Assembly: GCA_038153405.1 (NCBI GenBank)
Contig: JAYOYH010000012.1
Location: 45,496-109,495 of the forward strand
DNA: 64,000 nucleotides
Reading direction: 5' to 3'
From: Gemmatimonadota bacterium
GTDB taxonomy: Bacteria > Latescibacterota > UBA2968 > UBA8231
Shown here: positions 1 to 10,639 of the stretch, one piece after another
Layout of the letters: each line of letters starts with the position of its first letter
Position numbering within the stretch: position 1 is the first letter of the stretch
Position numbers and translations under genes: made by a program
Notes under the pieces: generated by a model
Seen by the model: only the letters and a program-made list of their open reading frames with translations
What the model was told of the DNA's origin: nothing
The model's database searches: none

Positions 1-2
1 GC

Positions 3-794
3 ATGAGTATTTTTTCACTGGAAGGTAAAGTAGCGCTGGTGACGGGCGCTGGCCGCGGCATCGGTCGCGCCATCGCCGAAGGGCTGGCCGCCCAAGGGGC
101 CAAGGTCGCCTGTGCAGCGCGCAGCGTCGACCAACTGGAGGAATTGGCCCAGTCGATCCGCGACGCCGGCGGCGAGGCGATGGCCGTGGCCATTGACATG
201 GGCGATATGAATTCACTCGACCGCGCCCTTGAGACCGTGGCCAATGCCTATGGCCACCTCGATATCCTCGTCAACAACGCCGGCATGAACGCGCGTCAAC
301 CCATCGACGAGGTGACCGAAGAAAATTACGATCGCATTATGAACGTCAATCTGAAGGGCCTTTACTTCCTCAGCCAAAAAGCGGCGCGCTACATGGCGCA
401 AAACGGAGCGGGTAAAATTATCAACATCGGCTCGCTGACCACGGGCTACGCGCTGGCCAAGGTCTCCGTCTACACCGCGACCAAAGGAGCCGTCGGCCAG
501 CTAACCAAGGCGCAGGCCGTCGAATTTGGCAAGCACAACATTCAGGTCAACGCCATCTGTCCGGGCTTTGTATTGACCTCGCTAACGGAAAAAATGTGGG
601 CCGATCCGACCATGCGGCAGTGGGGCGAAAGCCGGGTGGCGCTCGGTCGGTTGGCCACGCCCAAAGACATGGCGGGCACGGCAGCCTTCCTCGCCTCGCC
701 GGCCTCCGACTACGTAACGGGCCAGTGCATCTACGTCGACGGCGGCTTTATGGCCGGCGACAATTGGCCGTTGCCCGAGGCAGCCGCTAGCTAG
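3..794 (+). CDS. Short-chain dehydrogenase/reductase (gluconate 5-dehydrogenase/FabG-like)
   Basis: TGAGRGIG Rossmann motif, NNAG, catalytic YTATK (YxxxK), C-terminal VDGG; 263 aa. Confidence 0.93.
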   Translation: MSIFSLEGKVALVTGAGRGIGRAIAEGLAAQGAKVACAARSVDQLEELAQSIRDAGGEAMAVAIDMGDMNSLDRALETVANAYGHLDILVNNAGMNARQPIDEVTEENYDRIMNVNLKGLYFLSQKAARYMAQNGAGKIINIGSLTTGYALAKVSVYTATKGAVGQLTKAQAVEFGKHNIQVNAICPGFVLTSLTEKMWADPTMRQWGESRVALGRLATPKDMAGTAAFLASPASDYVTGQCIYVDGGFMAGDNWPLPEAAAS

Positions 795-822
795 CGCGCG
801 GCGCACAGCGGCCAACGCTATA

Positions 823-852
823 CGGGGGACCTTCAAAGTAGGAGGTCCCCCG
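823..852. terminator. Hairpin between convergent genes, probable (bidirectional) intrinsic terminator
   Basis: cgggggaccttc-aaagta-ggaggtcccccg inverted repeat between the SDR stop (794) and the VOC stop (868). Confidence 0.65.
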
Positions 853-867
853 CTTTGCGCTAGCCAA

Positions 868-1470
868 CTAGGCTTCCTCCACCGGCTTGACGTAGGCCTT
901 CTTGGGCCTGCGCTCGGCCGACAACGTCGCGCGCGTGCGCGCGCTCAGTCGCTCGAGCGCGTCGGCCACGTGCACTTCGGCAATGTGGTGGTCGCCGCGC
1001 TCGACGCGCAGCAGATGGGCCTCAAACAGCACCTGCGCGTGCGCGCAGCCATCCGGCGGTTCGAATTTATAAGAGGCCAGTTCGATGCGCTGGCCTAGCG
1101 GATCGCGAAAGTATATCGAATCCATAAAGCCGCGATCGATTGCACCCGTATGCGGCACGCCGCGCGCCTCCAGCCGCGCAGGAATCTGCGCAAAGGTCGC
1201 GCGCGACACGCTAAAAGCTAGGTGGTGCACATGGCCTATGTCTTCGCTATTGGACCGGGTGTCGACGTCGCGGCGTTCGTTAGTGAATACGGTGATGAGC
1301 CGCCCATCGCCCGGATCGAAGTAGAGATGCGATTCGTCGGGGTTGTCCAAATTCGGCTGCTCAAAAATAAAGGGCATGCCGAGCACGCCTTCCCAAAAGT
1401 CAATCGACACTTGGCGCGTGGCGCCGACGAGCGTGATGTGGTGCACGCCCTGCACTTGAATCTTCTGCAT
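868..1470 (-). CDS. VOC/glyoxalase family protein
   Basis: GVHHITL, VHHLAF and SIYFRDPLGQRIEL motifs of the paired beta-alpha-beta-beta-beta VOC fold. Confidence 0.88.
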   Translation of the reverse strand: MQKIQVQGVHHITLVGATRQVSIDFWEGVLGMPFIFEQPNLDNPDESHLYFDPGDGRLITVFTNERRDVDTRSNSEDIGHVHHLAFSVSRATFAQIPARLEARGVPHTGAIDRGFMDSIYFRDPLGQRIELASYKFEPPDGCAHAQVLFEAHLLRVERGDHHIAEVHVADALERLSARTRATLSAERRPKKAYVKPVEEA

Positions 1471-1535
1471 GGCTCTTCTCCACCGTGTGAGTTCTCACCG
1501 TTGATACTACGCGAAAACGCGCGAAATGGGAGTGT

Positions 1536-2123
1536 ATGAAAAAAGTAGAAATCTTAGCTCAACGCGGCCTCGTAGACGCCTTTTTTAAACTCGAAGAGGC
1601 GGAACTGCGCCACGAGCGGCGCGACGGCTCGATGAGCGAACCCATGCACCGCCTCAACTTGGAGCGCGGTGACGGAGTGGCCGCACTGGTCTACCACCCA
1701 CAGCGCGATGTGCTCGTCTTTGTGCGCCAGTTTCGCTACCCGGCCTATGTGCGCAGCGGACCGGGTTGGTTGGTCGAACTGCCGGCCGGCATGCTCGATC
1801 ACGACGAAGAACCTATCGACTGCATGCGACGCGAGATCGGCGAAGAGACGGGCTACGCCATCCGCCACATCGAACTCGTTTCCTCATTTTACCTTTCACC
1901 CGGAAGCTCTTCGGAGCGCATCTTTCTCTATTACGCCGAGATCGATCCTCTCGCAGAGCCCAGCGCGGGCGGCGGTTTGGCCAACGAACAGGAAGACGTC
2001 GAGCGGGTAGAACTCCCGCTGTCCGAGGCGTGGCGCCAACTCGACGCCGGCGCGTTTATCGACGCAAAGACCATCATTGCGCTGCAGTGGATGCGCGCGC
2101 GCGCCTCGCTGGGCTGTCCCTAA
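1536..2123 (+). CDS. Nudix hydrolase, ADP-ribose/GDP-mannose pyrophosphatase-like (NudF/NudK family)
   Basis: Nudix box GMLDHDEEPIDCMRREIGEETG; RQFRYP, SPG and GGG...EQEDV, DAKT motifs. Confidence 0.9.
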   Translation: MKKVEILAQRGLVDAFFKLEEAELRHERRDGSMSEPMHRLNLERGDGVAALVYHPQRDVLVFVRQFRYPAYVRSGPGWLVELPAGMLDHDEEPIDCMRREIGEETGYAIRHIELVSSFYLSPGSSSERIFLYYAEIDPLAEPSAGGGLANEQEDVERVELPLSEAWRQLDAGAFIDAKTIIALQWMRARASLGCP

Positions 2124-2230
2124 GCTCTTGAAGCTCGACGCAAAATACAATAGTATTATGGGCAAAGCTCAACACCCACTACTGCGACTTACTACAAACC
2201 TACCACGAGAAGCAACACAGGAGTTCCGCT

Positions 2231-4201
2231 ATGGCAGACGAAGTATATCAGCCCTCAGCCTCCCTGCAAGAGAGGGCCTTTATCAACAGCATGGAGGCCT
2301 ACCAACAGGAGTACGAGCGTTCCATTGCCGATCCTGAGGCGTTCTGGGCAGAAAAAGCGGAAGCGTTCCATTGGTTCAAAAAATGGGACACCGTCTGCTC
2401 GTACAATTACGACATGAGCAAAGGCCCCATCTCGATCAAGTGGTTTGAGGGCGGCAAGACGAACATCACCTACAACTGCCTGGACCGCCATCTCGACGGC
2501 AAAGGCGATCAGACGGCGATCGTCTGGGAGGGCAATAGCCCCGACGAAGACGCGACACTAACCTACAGGGAACTGCACGAGCGGGTCTGCAAATTCGCCA
2601 ACGTGCTCAAGAGCCGCGGCGTTAAAAAGGGCGATCGCGTGTCGATCTACATGCCGATGGTGCCCGAATTGGCCGTGGCCATGTTGGCCTGTGCGCGCAT
2701 CGGCGCTATGCACTCGATCGTCTTTGGCGGCTTTTCCGCCGACGCGCTGGCCGATCGCATCGTCGATGCCACCTGCACCACCGTGCTGACCTGCGACGGC
2801 ATCTACCGCGGCGCCAAGCCCGTGGTGATGAAGCCGCTAGTCGATGAGGCCATGGCCAACGCCGAAAGGCAAATGGGACAGCCCGTCACTACCTGCATCG
2901 TCGTGCGCCACCACGCCGACGACGCCGATTTCACCTGCCCCATGCAGGACGGCCGCGACGTCGACTACGCCGAGGCCATGGCCGCCGCATCGGCCGACTG
3001 CCCGCCTGAAGAAATGGACGCTGAAGACCCGCTCTTTATCCTCTATACTTCGGGCTCGACCGGCAAACCCAAGGGCGTGCAGCACACCGTGGGCGGCTAT
3101 ATGGTCTACACGGCCACTACGCACAAATACGTCTTTGACTACCACGACGGCGATATCTATTTCTGCGCCGCCGATATCGGCTGGATCACCGGTCACTCCT
3201 ACATCATCTACGGCCCGCTGGCCAATGGCGCGACCACCATGATGTTCGGCGGCATTCCGACCTACCCCGACGCAGAGCGCTACTGGCAGATCATCGAAAA
3301 GTGGAACGTCACCCAGTTTTACACCGCGCCGACGGCTATTCGCGCCATTGCCGCAGCCGGCGAAGAGTTGCCGACTAAATACGATATGGCCTCGCTGAAA
3401 ATCCTCGGCAGCGTCGGCGAACCGATCAACCCGGAAGCCTGGCGCTGGTACTATACCAAGGCGGGCAAGGAGCGCAGCCCGATCGTCGATACCTGGTGGC
3501 AAACCGAGACGGGCGGCATTCTCATTACGCCGCTGCCCGGTGCCACGCCGCTCAAACCCGGTTCGGCAACTTTTCCCTTTTTTGGCGTGCAACCCGTCGT
3601 GCTCGAACCGGAGAAGGGCACCGAGATCGAAGGCAACGACATCAGCGGCGTGCTTGCACTAAAAGCGCCCTGGCCCGGCCAGATGCGCACCGTCTACGGC
3701 GACCACGAGCGCTTTGAGAACACCTATTTCCAGCAGTATAAAGGCTATTACTTTACCGGCGACGGCTGTCGCCGCGACGCGGACGGCTACTACTGGATTA
3801 CCGGACGCGTCGACGACGTGATCAACGTATCCGGCCATCGAATGGGCACCGCCGAAGTAGAGAGCGCGCTCGTGCTGCACGGCAAAGTGGCCGAGGCCGC
3901 CGTCGTTGGCTTCCCGCACAACATCAAGGGCGAGGGGATTTACGCCTACGTCACGCTCAACGCCGGCGAGGAATACACCGACGCGTTGAAAGACGAGCTA
4001 AAAAAGCACGTGCGTCAGGTCATCGGTCCCATTGCCACTCCCGACGTCATTCACTGGGCACCGGGCCTGCCCAAGACGCGCTCGGGCAAAATCATGCGGC
4101 GCATTCTCCGCAAGATATCAACCAACGAGATCGATCAGCTCGGCGATACGTCAACGCTGGCCGATCCGGGCGTGGTCGACCAGTTGCTCGCCAACCGCTA
4201 G
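2231..4201 (+). CDS. acs: Acetyl-CoA synthetase (AMP-forming)
   Basis: [14 protein letters not shown]-binding loop, [41 protein letters not shown] upstream. Confidence 0.97.
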   Translation: MADEVYQPSASLQERAFINSMEAYQQEYERSIADPEAFWAEKAEAFHWFKKWDTVCSYNYDMSKGPISIKWFEGGKTNITYNCLDRHLDGKGDQTAIVWEGNSPDEDATLTYRELHERVCKFANVLKSRGVKKGDRVSIYMPMVPELAVAMLACARIGAMHSIVFGGFSADALADRIVDATCTTVLTCDGIYRGAKPVVMKPLVDEAMANAERQMGQPVTTCIVVRHHADDADFTCPMQDGRDVDYAEAMAAASADCPPEEMDAEDPLFILYTSGSTGKPKGVQHTVGGYMVYTATTHKYVFDYHDGDIYFCAADIGWITGHSYIIYGPLANGATTMMFGGIPTYPDAERYWQIIEKWNVTQFYTAPTAIRAIAAAGEELPTKYDMASLKILGSVGEPINPEAWRWYYTKAGKERSPIVDTWWQTETGGILITPLPGATPLKPGSATFPFFGVQPVVLEPEKGTEIEGNDISGVLALKAPWPGQMRTVYGDHERFENTYFQQYKGYYFTGDGCRRDADGYYWITGRVDDVINVSGHRMGTAEVESALVLHGKVAEAAVVGFPHNIKGEGIYAYVTLNAGEEYTDALKDELKKHVRQVIGPIATPDVIHWAPGLPKTRSGKIMRRILRKISTNEIDQLGDTSTLADPGVVDQLLANR

Positions 4202-4216
4202 GACCCCACGCGGGCC

Positions 4217-4253
4217 AACCGGCGGCTTCCCAGCGGAAGTCGCCGGTTTTTTT
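4217..4253 (+). terminator. Rho-independent terminator after acs
   Basis: aaccggcggcttcc-cagc-ggaagtcgccggtt stem followed by a T-tract. Confidence 0.85.
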
Positions 4254-4285
4254 ATTCATTCTCTGCGTTTGCTACATAACCAACT

Positions 4286-6247
4286 ATGTCGCTACCCATA
4301 TCTTTTAAAGACGATGTAACGCGCGATATTGCGCGCGCCGCTAGCCGAGAGTGGTTAGAAACCAACGGCCTCGGCGGCTGGTCATCGTCCACTATCTGCA
4401 TGGCGCATACGCGCCGCTATCACGGCCTGCTCGTCGTCGCACAGCACCCACCCGTCGGCCGCGTCGTCCTTCTATCTCACCTAGACGAGACGCTATCGAT
4501 TGAGGGCAACCGCCTCGCATTGGGCTGTCATTTCTTTCCCGGCGCCACGCATCCGCAGGGGCATCTACACCTATCCTCTTTTGCCCTGACGCCCAGCCCG
4601 ACCTTCCTCTATACCAGCCAAGGCATATCGCTGCGCAAACAGATCGCCATGCTCTACGGCGAACACGGCCTCGTTATTCGCTACGAACTCCTGCGCGCAC
4701 CGGCTCCCCTGCATATGGAGCTACAGCCGTTCTTTGCCGGACGCGACTATCACCATCTAATGAGCGCCAACAGCGATGTGCAGACGCAGGCCGATTTTGC
4801 CGACGACTTATTTTCCTACACTCCCTATGCTGGCCTGCCCACGACCTATATCCACCTGCCTGGAGCACGCTACGCGTCAGCGCCAGACTGGTATTACAAC
4901 TACGTATACCCGCGCGAAGAAGAGCGCGGCCTCGATGCCAGTGAAGACCTCTTTACGCCCGGCACGCTCAACGCTACCCTGCGCGTTGGCCAGCCGCTTC
5001 ACGTGCTCGTCAGCACGGCCAATCCACACAGCCGCCATGCAGAGGCGCTCTTCGTCGACGAGATGGCGCGCCGTGCGCGCCTAGTCGCACCGGCTCTCAT
5101 TGCGAAAAAACCGCATTTGGTTCAGCTAGCCCGTGCCGCCGATCAATTTCTCGTGCGGCGCGGCAGCGGACTGCACACCATCTTGGCTGGCTATCCCTGG
5201 TTTACCGATTGGGGGCGCGATACCATGATTGCCCTGCCCGGCATTTGCTTGGTAAACGGCAAATGGGCCGAGGCGCGTGCCATTTTTCGCGCTTTTGTAG
5301 AACACGTCAATGAGGGCCTGATTCCCAACCGCTTTCCCGACCACGGCGAAGTGCCCGACTACAATACCGTCGACGCCACACTGTGGCTGTTTACCGCACT
5401 CCATAAATACGAACGGCACAGCGGCGACGAGGCGTTGGGCGACGAACTATGGCCCGTTTTGCGCGATATCATCGCCTGGCACGCGCGCGGCACGCGCTAC
5501 CATATCGGCGTCGATGATGATGGCTTACTGCGCGCCGGCGAGCACGGCACGCAGCTTACGTGGATGGATGCCAAGGTCGGCGATTGGGTCGTCACGCCGC
5601 GCCAGGGCAAAGCCGTAGAGATCAATGCACTCTGGTACAACGCCCTGCGCATTGCCGCCCCAATCGCCCAACGGCGCGGCGAAGAAGAATTCGCCGCTGA
5701 GTTATTGGCCAAGGCCGCTGCGCTCCAGGACACTTTTTCCGAACAGTTCTGGAACGCCGAGTTGGGCTGTTTATACGACGTGATAGATGGCGAAAGCAAA
5801 GATGCCTCCATTCGTCCCAACCAACTCTTGGCGCTCTCCCTGCCCTTCCCCCTGCTAAATGGCGAGCGCGCCCATAGCCTCTTTGCCGTCGTCGACGAGC
5901 ACCTCTACACGCCGCGCGGACTGCGCTCGCTATCGCCGCGCCACCCGGCCTATCGCAGTCGCTATTGGGGCGGTCCATGGGAACGCGATGGTTCCTATCA
6001 TCAAGGTATCGTATGGGGCTGGCTCATGGGGCCCTTTCTAACGGCGCTGGCGCGCCTGCACGGCGAAGAGGGCAAGGTGCGCGGGCGCGCTATTGTCGAA
6101 GGGTTTACCGAACACCTGTGCGAAGCCGGTCTCGGCTCCGTGTCAGAAATATTTGACGCCGATCCGCCTTTCGCACCGCGCGGCTGCTTTGCGCAGGCAT
6201 GGAGCGTAGCTGAACTGCTGCGAGCCTCCGTCGAAGACCTATCGTGA
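4286..6247 (+). CDS. Glycogen debranching enzyme / amylo-alpha-1,6-glucosidase (GDE_N + GDE_C)
   Basis: REWLETNGLGG, TRRYHGLL, AGYPWFTDWGRD, LTWMDAK, SIRPNQ, YHQG, QAWSVAE motifs. Confidence 0.93.
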   Translation: MSLPISFKDDVTRDIARAASREWLETNGLGGWSSSTICMAHTRRYHGLLVVAQHPPVGRVVLLSHLDETLSIEGNRLALGCHFFPGATHPQGHLHLSSFALTPSPTFLYTSQGISLRKQIAMLYGEHGLVIRYELLRAPAPLHMELQPFFAGRDYHHLMSANSDVQTQADFADDLFSYTPYAGLPTTYIHLPGARYASAPDWYYNYVYPREEERGLDASEDLFTPGTLNATLRVGQPLHVLVSTANPHSRHAEALFVDEMARRARLVAPALIAKKPHLVQLARAADQFLVRRGSGLHTILAGYPWFTDWGRDTMIALPGICLVNGKWAEARAIFRAFVEHVNEGLIPNRFPDHGEVPDYNTVDATLWLFTALHKYERHSGDEALGDELWPVLRDIIAWHARGTRYHIGVDDDGLLRAGEHGTQLTWMDAKVGDWVVTPRQGKAVEINALWYNALRIAAPIAQRRGEEEFAAELLAKAAALQDTFSEQFWNAELGCLYDVIDGESKDASIRPNQLLALSLPFPLLNGERAHSLFAVVDEHLYTPRGLRSLSPRHPAYRSRYWGGPWERDGSYHQGIVWGWLMGPFLTALARLHGEEGKVRGRAIVEGFTEHLCEAGLGSVSEIFDADPPFAPRGCFAQAWSVAELLRASVEDLS

Positions 6248-6273
6248 GTAGGCAGTGCGATCTATCAGGTGCG

Positions 6274-7134
6274 TCAGCCTTGCACCTGCGGATGGCGCGC
6301 CTTGGGCAGGCCGTGCTCATCACACCACTCGGCGATCGGATTGCGCCCGCCATTGACCTGAAACGCCGCGACCTCTTCAAAAGCCTCGCCCACTAAAAAG
6401 CGCTGTAGCGGCGACAGCGTCTGCACAAATTCCGGCGCTTGCTTCACGTAGTCCATTGGCATCACCCAACGATAGCCATAGCCGATCATAATCGCCTTGC
6501 GCGTATCATTGCCCCGGTGCAGCGCCCCGGCGTGAAACGTGCGATTTTCAAAGATCAGACAGTCGCCCGGCTGCAGCTGCGGCTCCACGGCATTTTCCGG
6601 ATCGACCTGTCCGTCGGGAATGGAGAGTCCACCCGAAAGCAGATGGCTGCCCGGAGAGACCATCGTCACGCCGCGCCCCTTCTCGCTGAGATCGGTCAAA
6701 TAGTAGGCGCACTTGACTAGCAGGCGCGGAATGGCGGCATGGCCCATATCGTGCATTGCCATCGCGTAGTCGCGGTGCCAGCCCGGCAGTCGGTGCGTGG
6801 CCGGCTTATCGGATGGATCGGGCTGTTTGTAAATCAGGTGCGACGTCATCACGTGCAAACTCGCGCCCAGAAGCTGCACGACGACGGGCAAGATCCTCTC
6901 GTGATCGATTAGCGCGGCAAAGGCCGGATCGAGTGCGATCGAGTTGCGAAAGCCGTCGTAAATGCCGCCGCTGGTGGTCTGGCGATTGGTCTGCATTTCG
7001 CTGTCGAGCAGGCGATCGCCGGCGGCGATTAACTGCTCTACCGTCGCCGCATCGAGGGCATTGCGCACGATCAGATAACCCTGCTGATCGAAGTGATCGA
7101 TGTCTGTTTGAGAAACGGGTTCGTATTTCAGCAT
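6274..7134 (-). CDS. Phytanoyl-CoA dioxygenase (PhyH) family Fe(II)/2-oxoglutarate oxygenase
   Basis: F..QGYLIVRNAL N-terminus, WHRD (HxD), PGSH, GDCLIF..RTFHAG; start moved to ATG 7134 behind GAGG RBS (ORF track starts at 7146). Confidence 0.9.
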   Translation of the reverse strand: MLKYEPVSQTDIDHFDQQGYLIVRNALDAATVEQLIAAGDRLLDSEMQTNRQTTSGGIYDGFRNSIALDPAFAALIDHERILPVVVQLLGASLHVMTSHLIYKQPDPSDKPATHRLPGWHRDYAMAMHDMGHAAIPRLLVKCAYYLTDLSEKGRGVTMVSPGSHLLSGGLSIPDGQVDPENAVEPQLQPGDCLIFENRTFHAGALHRGNDTRKAIMIGYGYRWVMPMDYVKQAPEFVQTLSPLQRFLVGEAFEEVAAFQVNGGRNPIAEWCDEHGLPKARHPQVQG

Positions 7135-7142
7135 AAGTCCTC

Positions 7143-8426
7143 TCACGAAGCGGCACCGACAGCCGCCTCTTCTTTTTTGCGCTGCGCGCTCAGTTCAGCT
7201 AAACTGCCCAAATTGCGCAGCGAGGGAAATAGGCCACTCCATGCCAGCACGACCACGAGCGTGCCGATGCCGCCGCTGACGACGGAAACTACCGGATTGT
7301 AAAGCTGGGCGACAAGCCCCGACTCAAAGCCGCCGATCTCGTTGGAAGAGCCGATGAAAATCGAATTGACAGCTGAGACGCGACCGCGCATGTGGTTGGG
7401 CGTGCTCATCTGCGATACGACATGGCGCACGACCATGCTGACGTTGTCGAACGCGCCGGTCAACGCCAGCATCAACATTGAAAGCCAGAAGTTCTGTGAT
7501 AGGCCGAAGACGATGGTCGCCGCACCAAAGCCCGCCACGCAGAACAGCAGCGTGCGCCCCGCCCGCCGCATCGGTGGCAGATGCGCCATCAGCAGGGCCA
7601 TCACACAGGCACCGGCGGCCGGCGCTGCGCGCAGCCAGCCCAGCGCCTCTTCGGGCTCAAGACCGACGGGCGCTAGATCGACAATTTCGCGCGCGAAGAT
7701 GGGCAGCAGATAAACGGCTCCGCCCAGCAGCACGGCGAATAGGTCGAGCGAACTGGCGCCAAGCAGGATTTTTTTGTTCCAGACAAAGCGCAGCCCCTCG
7801 GCTACCTGCTCGAACATGCGTCCGCGTGCGCTGCGCGTGGACGCCGGAAGCTGCATGCCAAAGAGAAAGACGATAAAGGCCAGCGAGGAAATCGCGCTCA
7901 GCACATAGGCCGCTTGAATATTGTAGGCAATGATAAAACCGCCGATAGCCGGGCCGCCGATGCCGGTGATTTGCTGCAGGCTCGTGCGCCATTTAACGGC
8001 GTTTTCGAATTCCTCTTCCGGCACGAGCAGCGGCATGATGGCCGTGCGCGCCGGCGCGCCCATGCGCAGCATCGTCGCGTCGAGAAAGAGCAGCGCATAC
8101 ATCCAGTGCACCGACAGCTCATGGTAGCTAAAAGCCGCAAGACCCAGCGACGTGAGCGTGGCGCCGGCCAGACTCAGCATCATCAGCTTGCGGCGATCGT
8201 AGACGTCGGCCAAATAGCCAGCCGGCAGCGTAAAAATCAGCATGGGAATGGCCTGGACGAGTCCGACCAGCCCGAGCGAAATAGCTTCGCCCGTTCGGTC
8301 GTATACTTCCCAGCCAATGGCCAGACCCTGCGCCGCCGTCCCCATGCTGACCAGCGAAGACGCGACGAGATAATTGCGAAACAGCGCTATGCGCAGCGCG
8401 CTATACGGATCGTGTTTTTCGCTCAA
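7143..8426 (-). CDS. MFS transporter (DHA3/EntS-like)
   Basis: About 12 hydrophobic segments, motif A-like AGYLADVYDRRK; TTG start at 8426 behind GGAGG (ORF track starts at 8459). Confidence 0.9.
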   Translation of the reverse strand: MSEKHDPYSALRIALFRNYLVASSLVSMGTAAQGLAIGWEVYDRTGEAISLGLVGLVQAIPMLIFTLPAGYLADVYDRRKLMMLSLAGATLTSLGLAAFSYHELSVHWMYALLFLDATMLRMGAPARTAIMPLLVPEEEFENAVKWRTSLQQITGIGGPAIGGFIIAYNIQAAYVLSAISSLAFIVFLFGMQLPASTRSARGRMFEQVAEGLRFVWNKKILLGASSLDLFAVLLGGAVYLLPIFAREIVDLAPVGLEPEEALGWLRAAPAAGACVMALLMAHLPPMRRAGRTLLFCVAGFGAATIVFGLSQNFWLSMLMLALTGAFDNVSMVVRHVVSQMSTPNHMRGRVSAVNSIFIGSSNEIGGFESGLVAQLYNPVVSVVSGGIGTLVVVLAWSGLFPSLRNLGSLAELSAQRKKEEAAVGAAS

Positions 8427-8618
8427 TGCACCTCCGCCCACTGGCGTGCGATGCCGCACGCAGTATCTCCTATACCTTCTCTAAAATGCTTCTGAACAAA
8501 CAGCGGCAGAATATAATCGCGCCGACCACTCTCTACAATTCCATCGGCTTGGCCGACGGTGCGATTTATGCGATACTATGCAACGAGTTAAACCAGCTAT
8601 TGATCGCGGGGATACGAT

Positions 8619-9512
8619 ATGCCCATTCGCTTTGTCCTGCTAACGGACAGTCACTACCACCCTCGGGCCGAAAAGGACTACGGTGCACCCAAGATGTTGA
8701 CGCGCAGTCGCGAAGTGCTCGATGCCGTTCCCGACGCGGTCAACGCGCTCGACCCCGACTTTGTCGTGCACGCTGGCGACCTGCTTTGTGGGGGATCTTC
8801 CTTTGACCTGCCTACCGCGCTGTACGAGCGCTCCGTCGACGAAGTGGCTGACGTATTCGCTTCCATCAAAGCACCTCTGTACTGCGTGCCTGGCAACCAC
8901 GACTGCGACGCGCAGAGCGGTTCAATGGACGGCTTTGCACGCCGCTTTCACCTGCCCAATCCGCTCACGACAGTGGACGCCGGGCCGCGCCTGCGCCTAG
9001 CGCTGGCCAATGTATACCACGCCTGTAACGGCGTCGACGAAGGGTGCGGCATTTGGACCGATGCGCTCGATGCGCACCTGCGCTCCGCTGCGCTACGGGC
9101 CGAGCGCGACCGCTGCGCGCTCCTGCTCGTCTTGCATACTTGGGTGCTGTCCGATCACACGCCGGGCAGGGGCGTGGTCAACAACGTCGAAAAACTCGTC
9201 GATACGCTGACCACTCACCCGGCCATCGCCGCCGTCTTTACCGGCCATCGCCACCTCAACCGCATACGCATGTACCGCGACGTGCTCGTCGTCGACACCG
9301 CTTGCTTAGTCGGTTTCCCGCTCGGCTTCCGCCTGATTGAGCTAACAGACGATGGGCTGTTGAAGACCCGCTTCCACGCGCTGCCCCTGCCCGAACTGAG
9401 CGCGGCTTCCTACGCGCGCTCGGCCGAGTGGGAAAACGAGCGCTGGCAGGGCGAAATTCACGATCGCGACACCGAAGTGCTGCTGCCGCGCCTGCGCCAT
9501 AGCTGGTCTTAG
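8619..9512 (+). CDS. Calcineurin-like metallophosphoesterase (CpdA/Icc-like)
   Basis: DSH, AGD, GNHD, H and GHRH metal-binding motifs in order. Confidence 0.88.
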   Translation: MPIRFVLLTDSHYHPRAEKDYGAPKMLTRSREVLDAVPDAVNALDPDFVVHAGDLLCGGSSFDLPTALYERSVDEVADVFASIKAPLYCVPGNHDCDAQSGSMDGFARRFHLPNPLTTVDAGPRLRLALANVYHACNGVDEGCGIWTDALDAHLRSAALRAERDRCALLLVLHTWVLSDHTPGRGVVNNVEKLVDTLTTHPAIAAVFTGHRHLNRIRMYRDVLVVDTACLVGFPLGFRLIELTDDGLLKTRFHALPLPELSAASYARSAEWENERWQGEIHDRDTEVLLPRLRHSWS

Positions 9513-9527
9513 ACAGCGAGGTCTTCC

Positions 9528-10625
9528 GTGCAACTACGCGAACAGAAAATGCCCGGCGGCTGGGCCGTCGACCTCTTTTGCGACGGGCGCTCCATTTCGC
9601 GCCTGTGGATTGCCGATCGTCAGATGCGGATTGGATCGTGCACCGTTAAAATAGGAGGCATTGCCGGCGTCGGCACCGATGCCCAGTACCGCAAACAGGG
9701 TCTGGCCAGCCGCGTGCTCAACGCCGCTGTCGAGCTAATGGGACGCGAGGACTACGACGCCTCTTTTCTCTACGGCATCGCCGATTTTTACCACCGCTTT
9801 GGCTTTGTAACGTGCATGCCGCAGCACAGTCTAGAATTGGATACGCGAAGCGCCGAACGCGCCGAAGACCGTTTGAAGATGCGGCCTGTCCACAAGGCCG
9901 ATTACGCTACCATAGCCCGCATATACAACCGCGACAGCGCCGAGCGCACGGCCAGTTGCACGCGCGACGTGCGCCGTTGGCGCGGCTTTCCCATGGGATC
10001 GGGCTTTGGCGTGCCCTGCACGACCCGCGTCGTTGTCGACGGGCGCAGCCGAGTTATCGGCTACGTGCTCTACGACGACATAGACACGCACTGCCGCGTC
10101 GCCGAAGTGGGCGGTCGGGGCGAAGCCGTATTTCACGCACTCCTGCGCGATATGGCGCGCCGCGCCGTCGCGCTGCGCCGCGGCAGTTTTTCGCTAAGCC
10201 TGCCACCCGACCACCCCTTTGCCCTATTCTGCCGCAGCTACGGCTGCACGGCGCACACGGCCTACGAACGCAGCGCCGGCCCCATGGGACGCCTTATCAA
10301 TTTGCATTCCTGCATGGAAAAAGTGTGCTCTGTGCTGGCGCTTCGCTGGGGTCCCGCCGACCGCCAACAACCGCTCGCCGTGCGCACGGATATAGGAGAT
10401 TTTTCGCTGGGTTGGCGCGACAACCAGCTGCGCGTCGACCACGAACAAATGCGGGGCGCCGTCCGCCTCGACCAGACCGCGCTTACTCAGCTACTGCTCG
10501 GCTATGCTACGCCGAGCCATCTCAAGGCCGCTGGCCAACTGGCGTGCAGTAAGGCGCAGCTCGCTCTATTGGAGCGCCTGTTTCCGCTGCAACAGGCCCA
10601 TATGTCCTGGCCCGACCGCTTTTAA
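9528..10625 (+). CDS. Eis-like GNAT acetyltransferase
   Basis: GIAGVGT..QYRKQGLA acetyl-CoA motif, FYHRFGF, second GNAT-like half and SCP2-like C-terminus (LTQLLLGY). Confidence 0.82.
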   Translation: MQLREQKMPGGWAVDLFCDGRSISRLWIADRQMRIGSCTVKIGGIAGVGTDAQYRKQGLASRVLNAAVELMGREDYDASFLYGIADFYHRFGFVTCMPQHSLELDTRSAERAEDRLKMRPVHKADYATIARIYNRDSAERTASCTRDVRRWRGFPMGSGFGVPCTTRVVVDGRSRVIGYVLYDDIDTHCRVAEVGGRGEAVFHALLRDMARRAVALRRGSFSLSLPPDHPFALFCRSYGCTAHTAYERSAGPMGRLINLHSCMEKVCSVLALRWGPADRQQPLAVRTDIGDFSLGWRDNQLRVDHEQMRGAVRLDQTALTQLLLGYATPSHLKAAGQLACSKAQLALLERLFPLQQAHMSWPDRF

Positions 10626-10639
10626 AAGGGAGACCAACT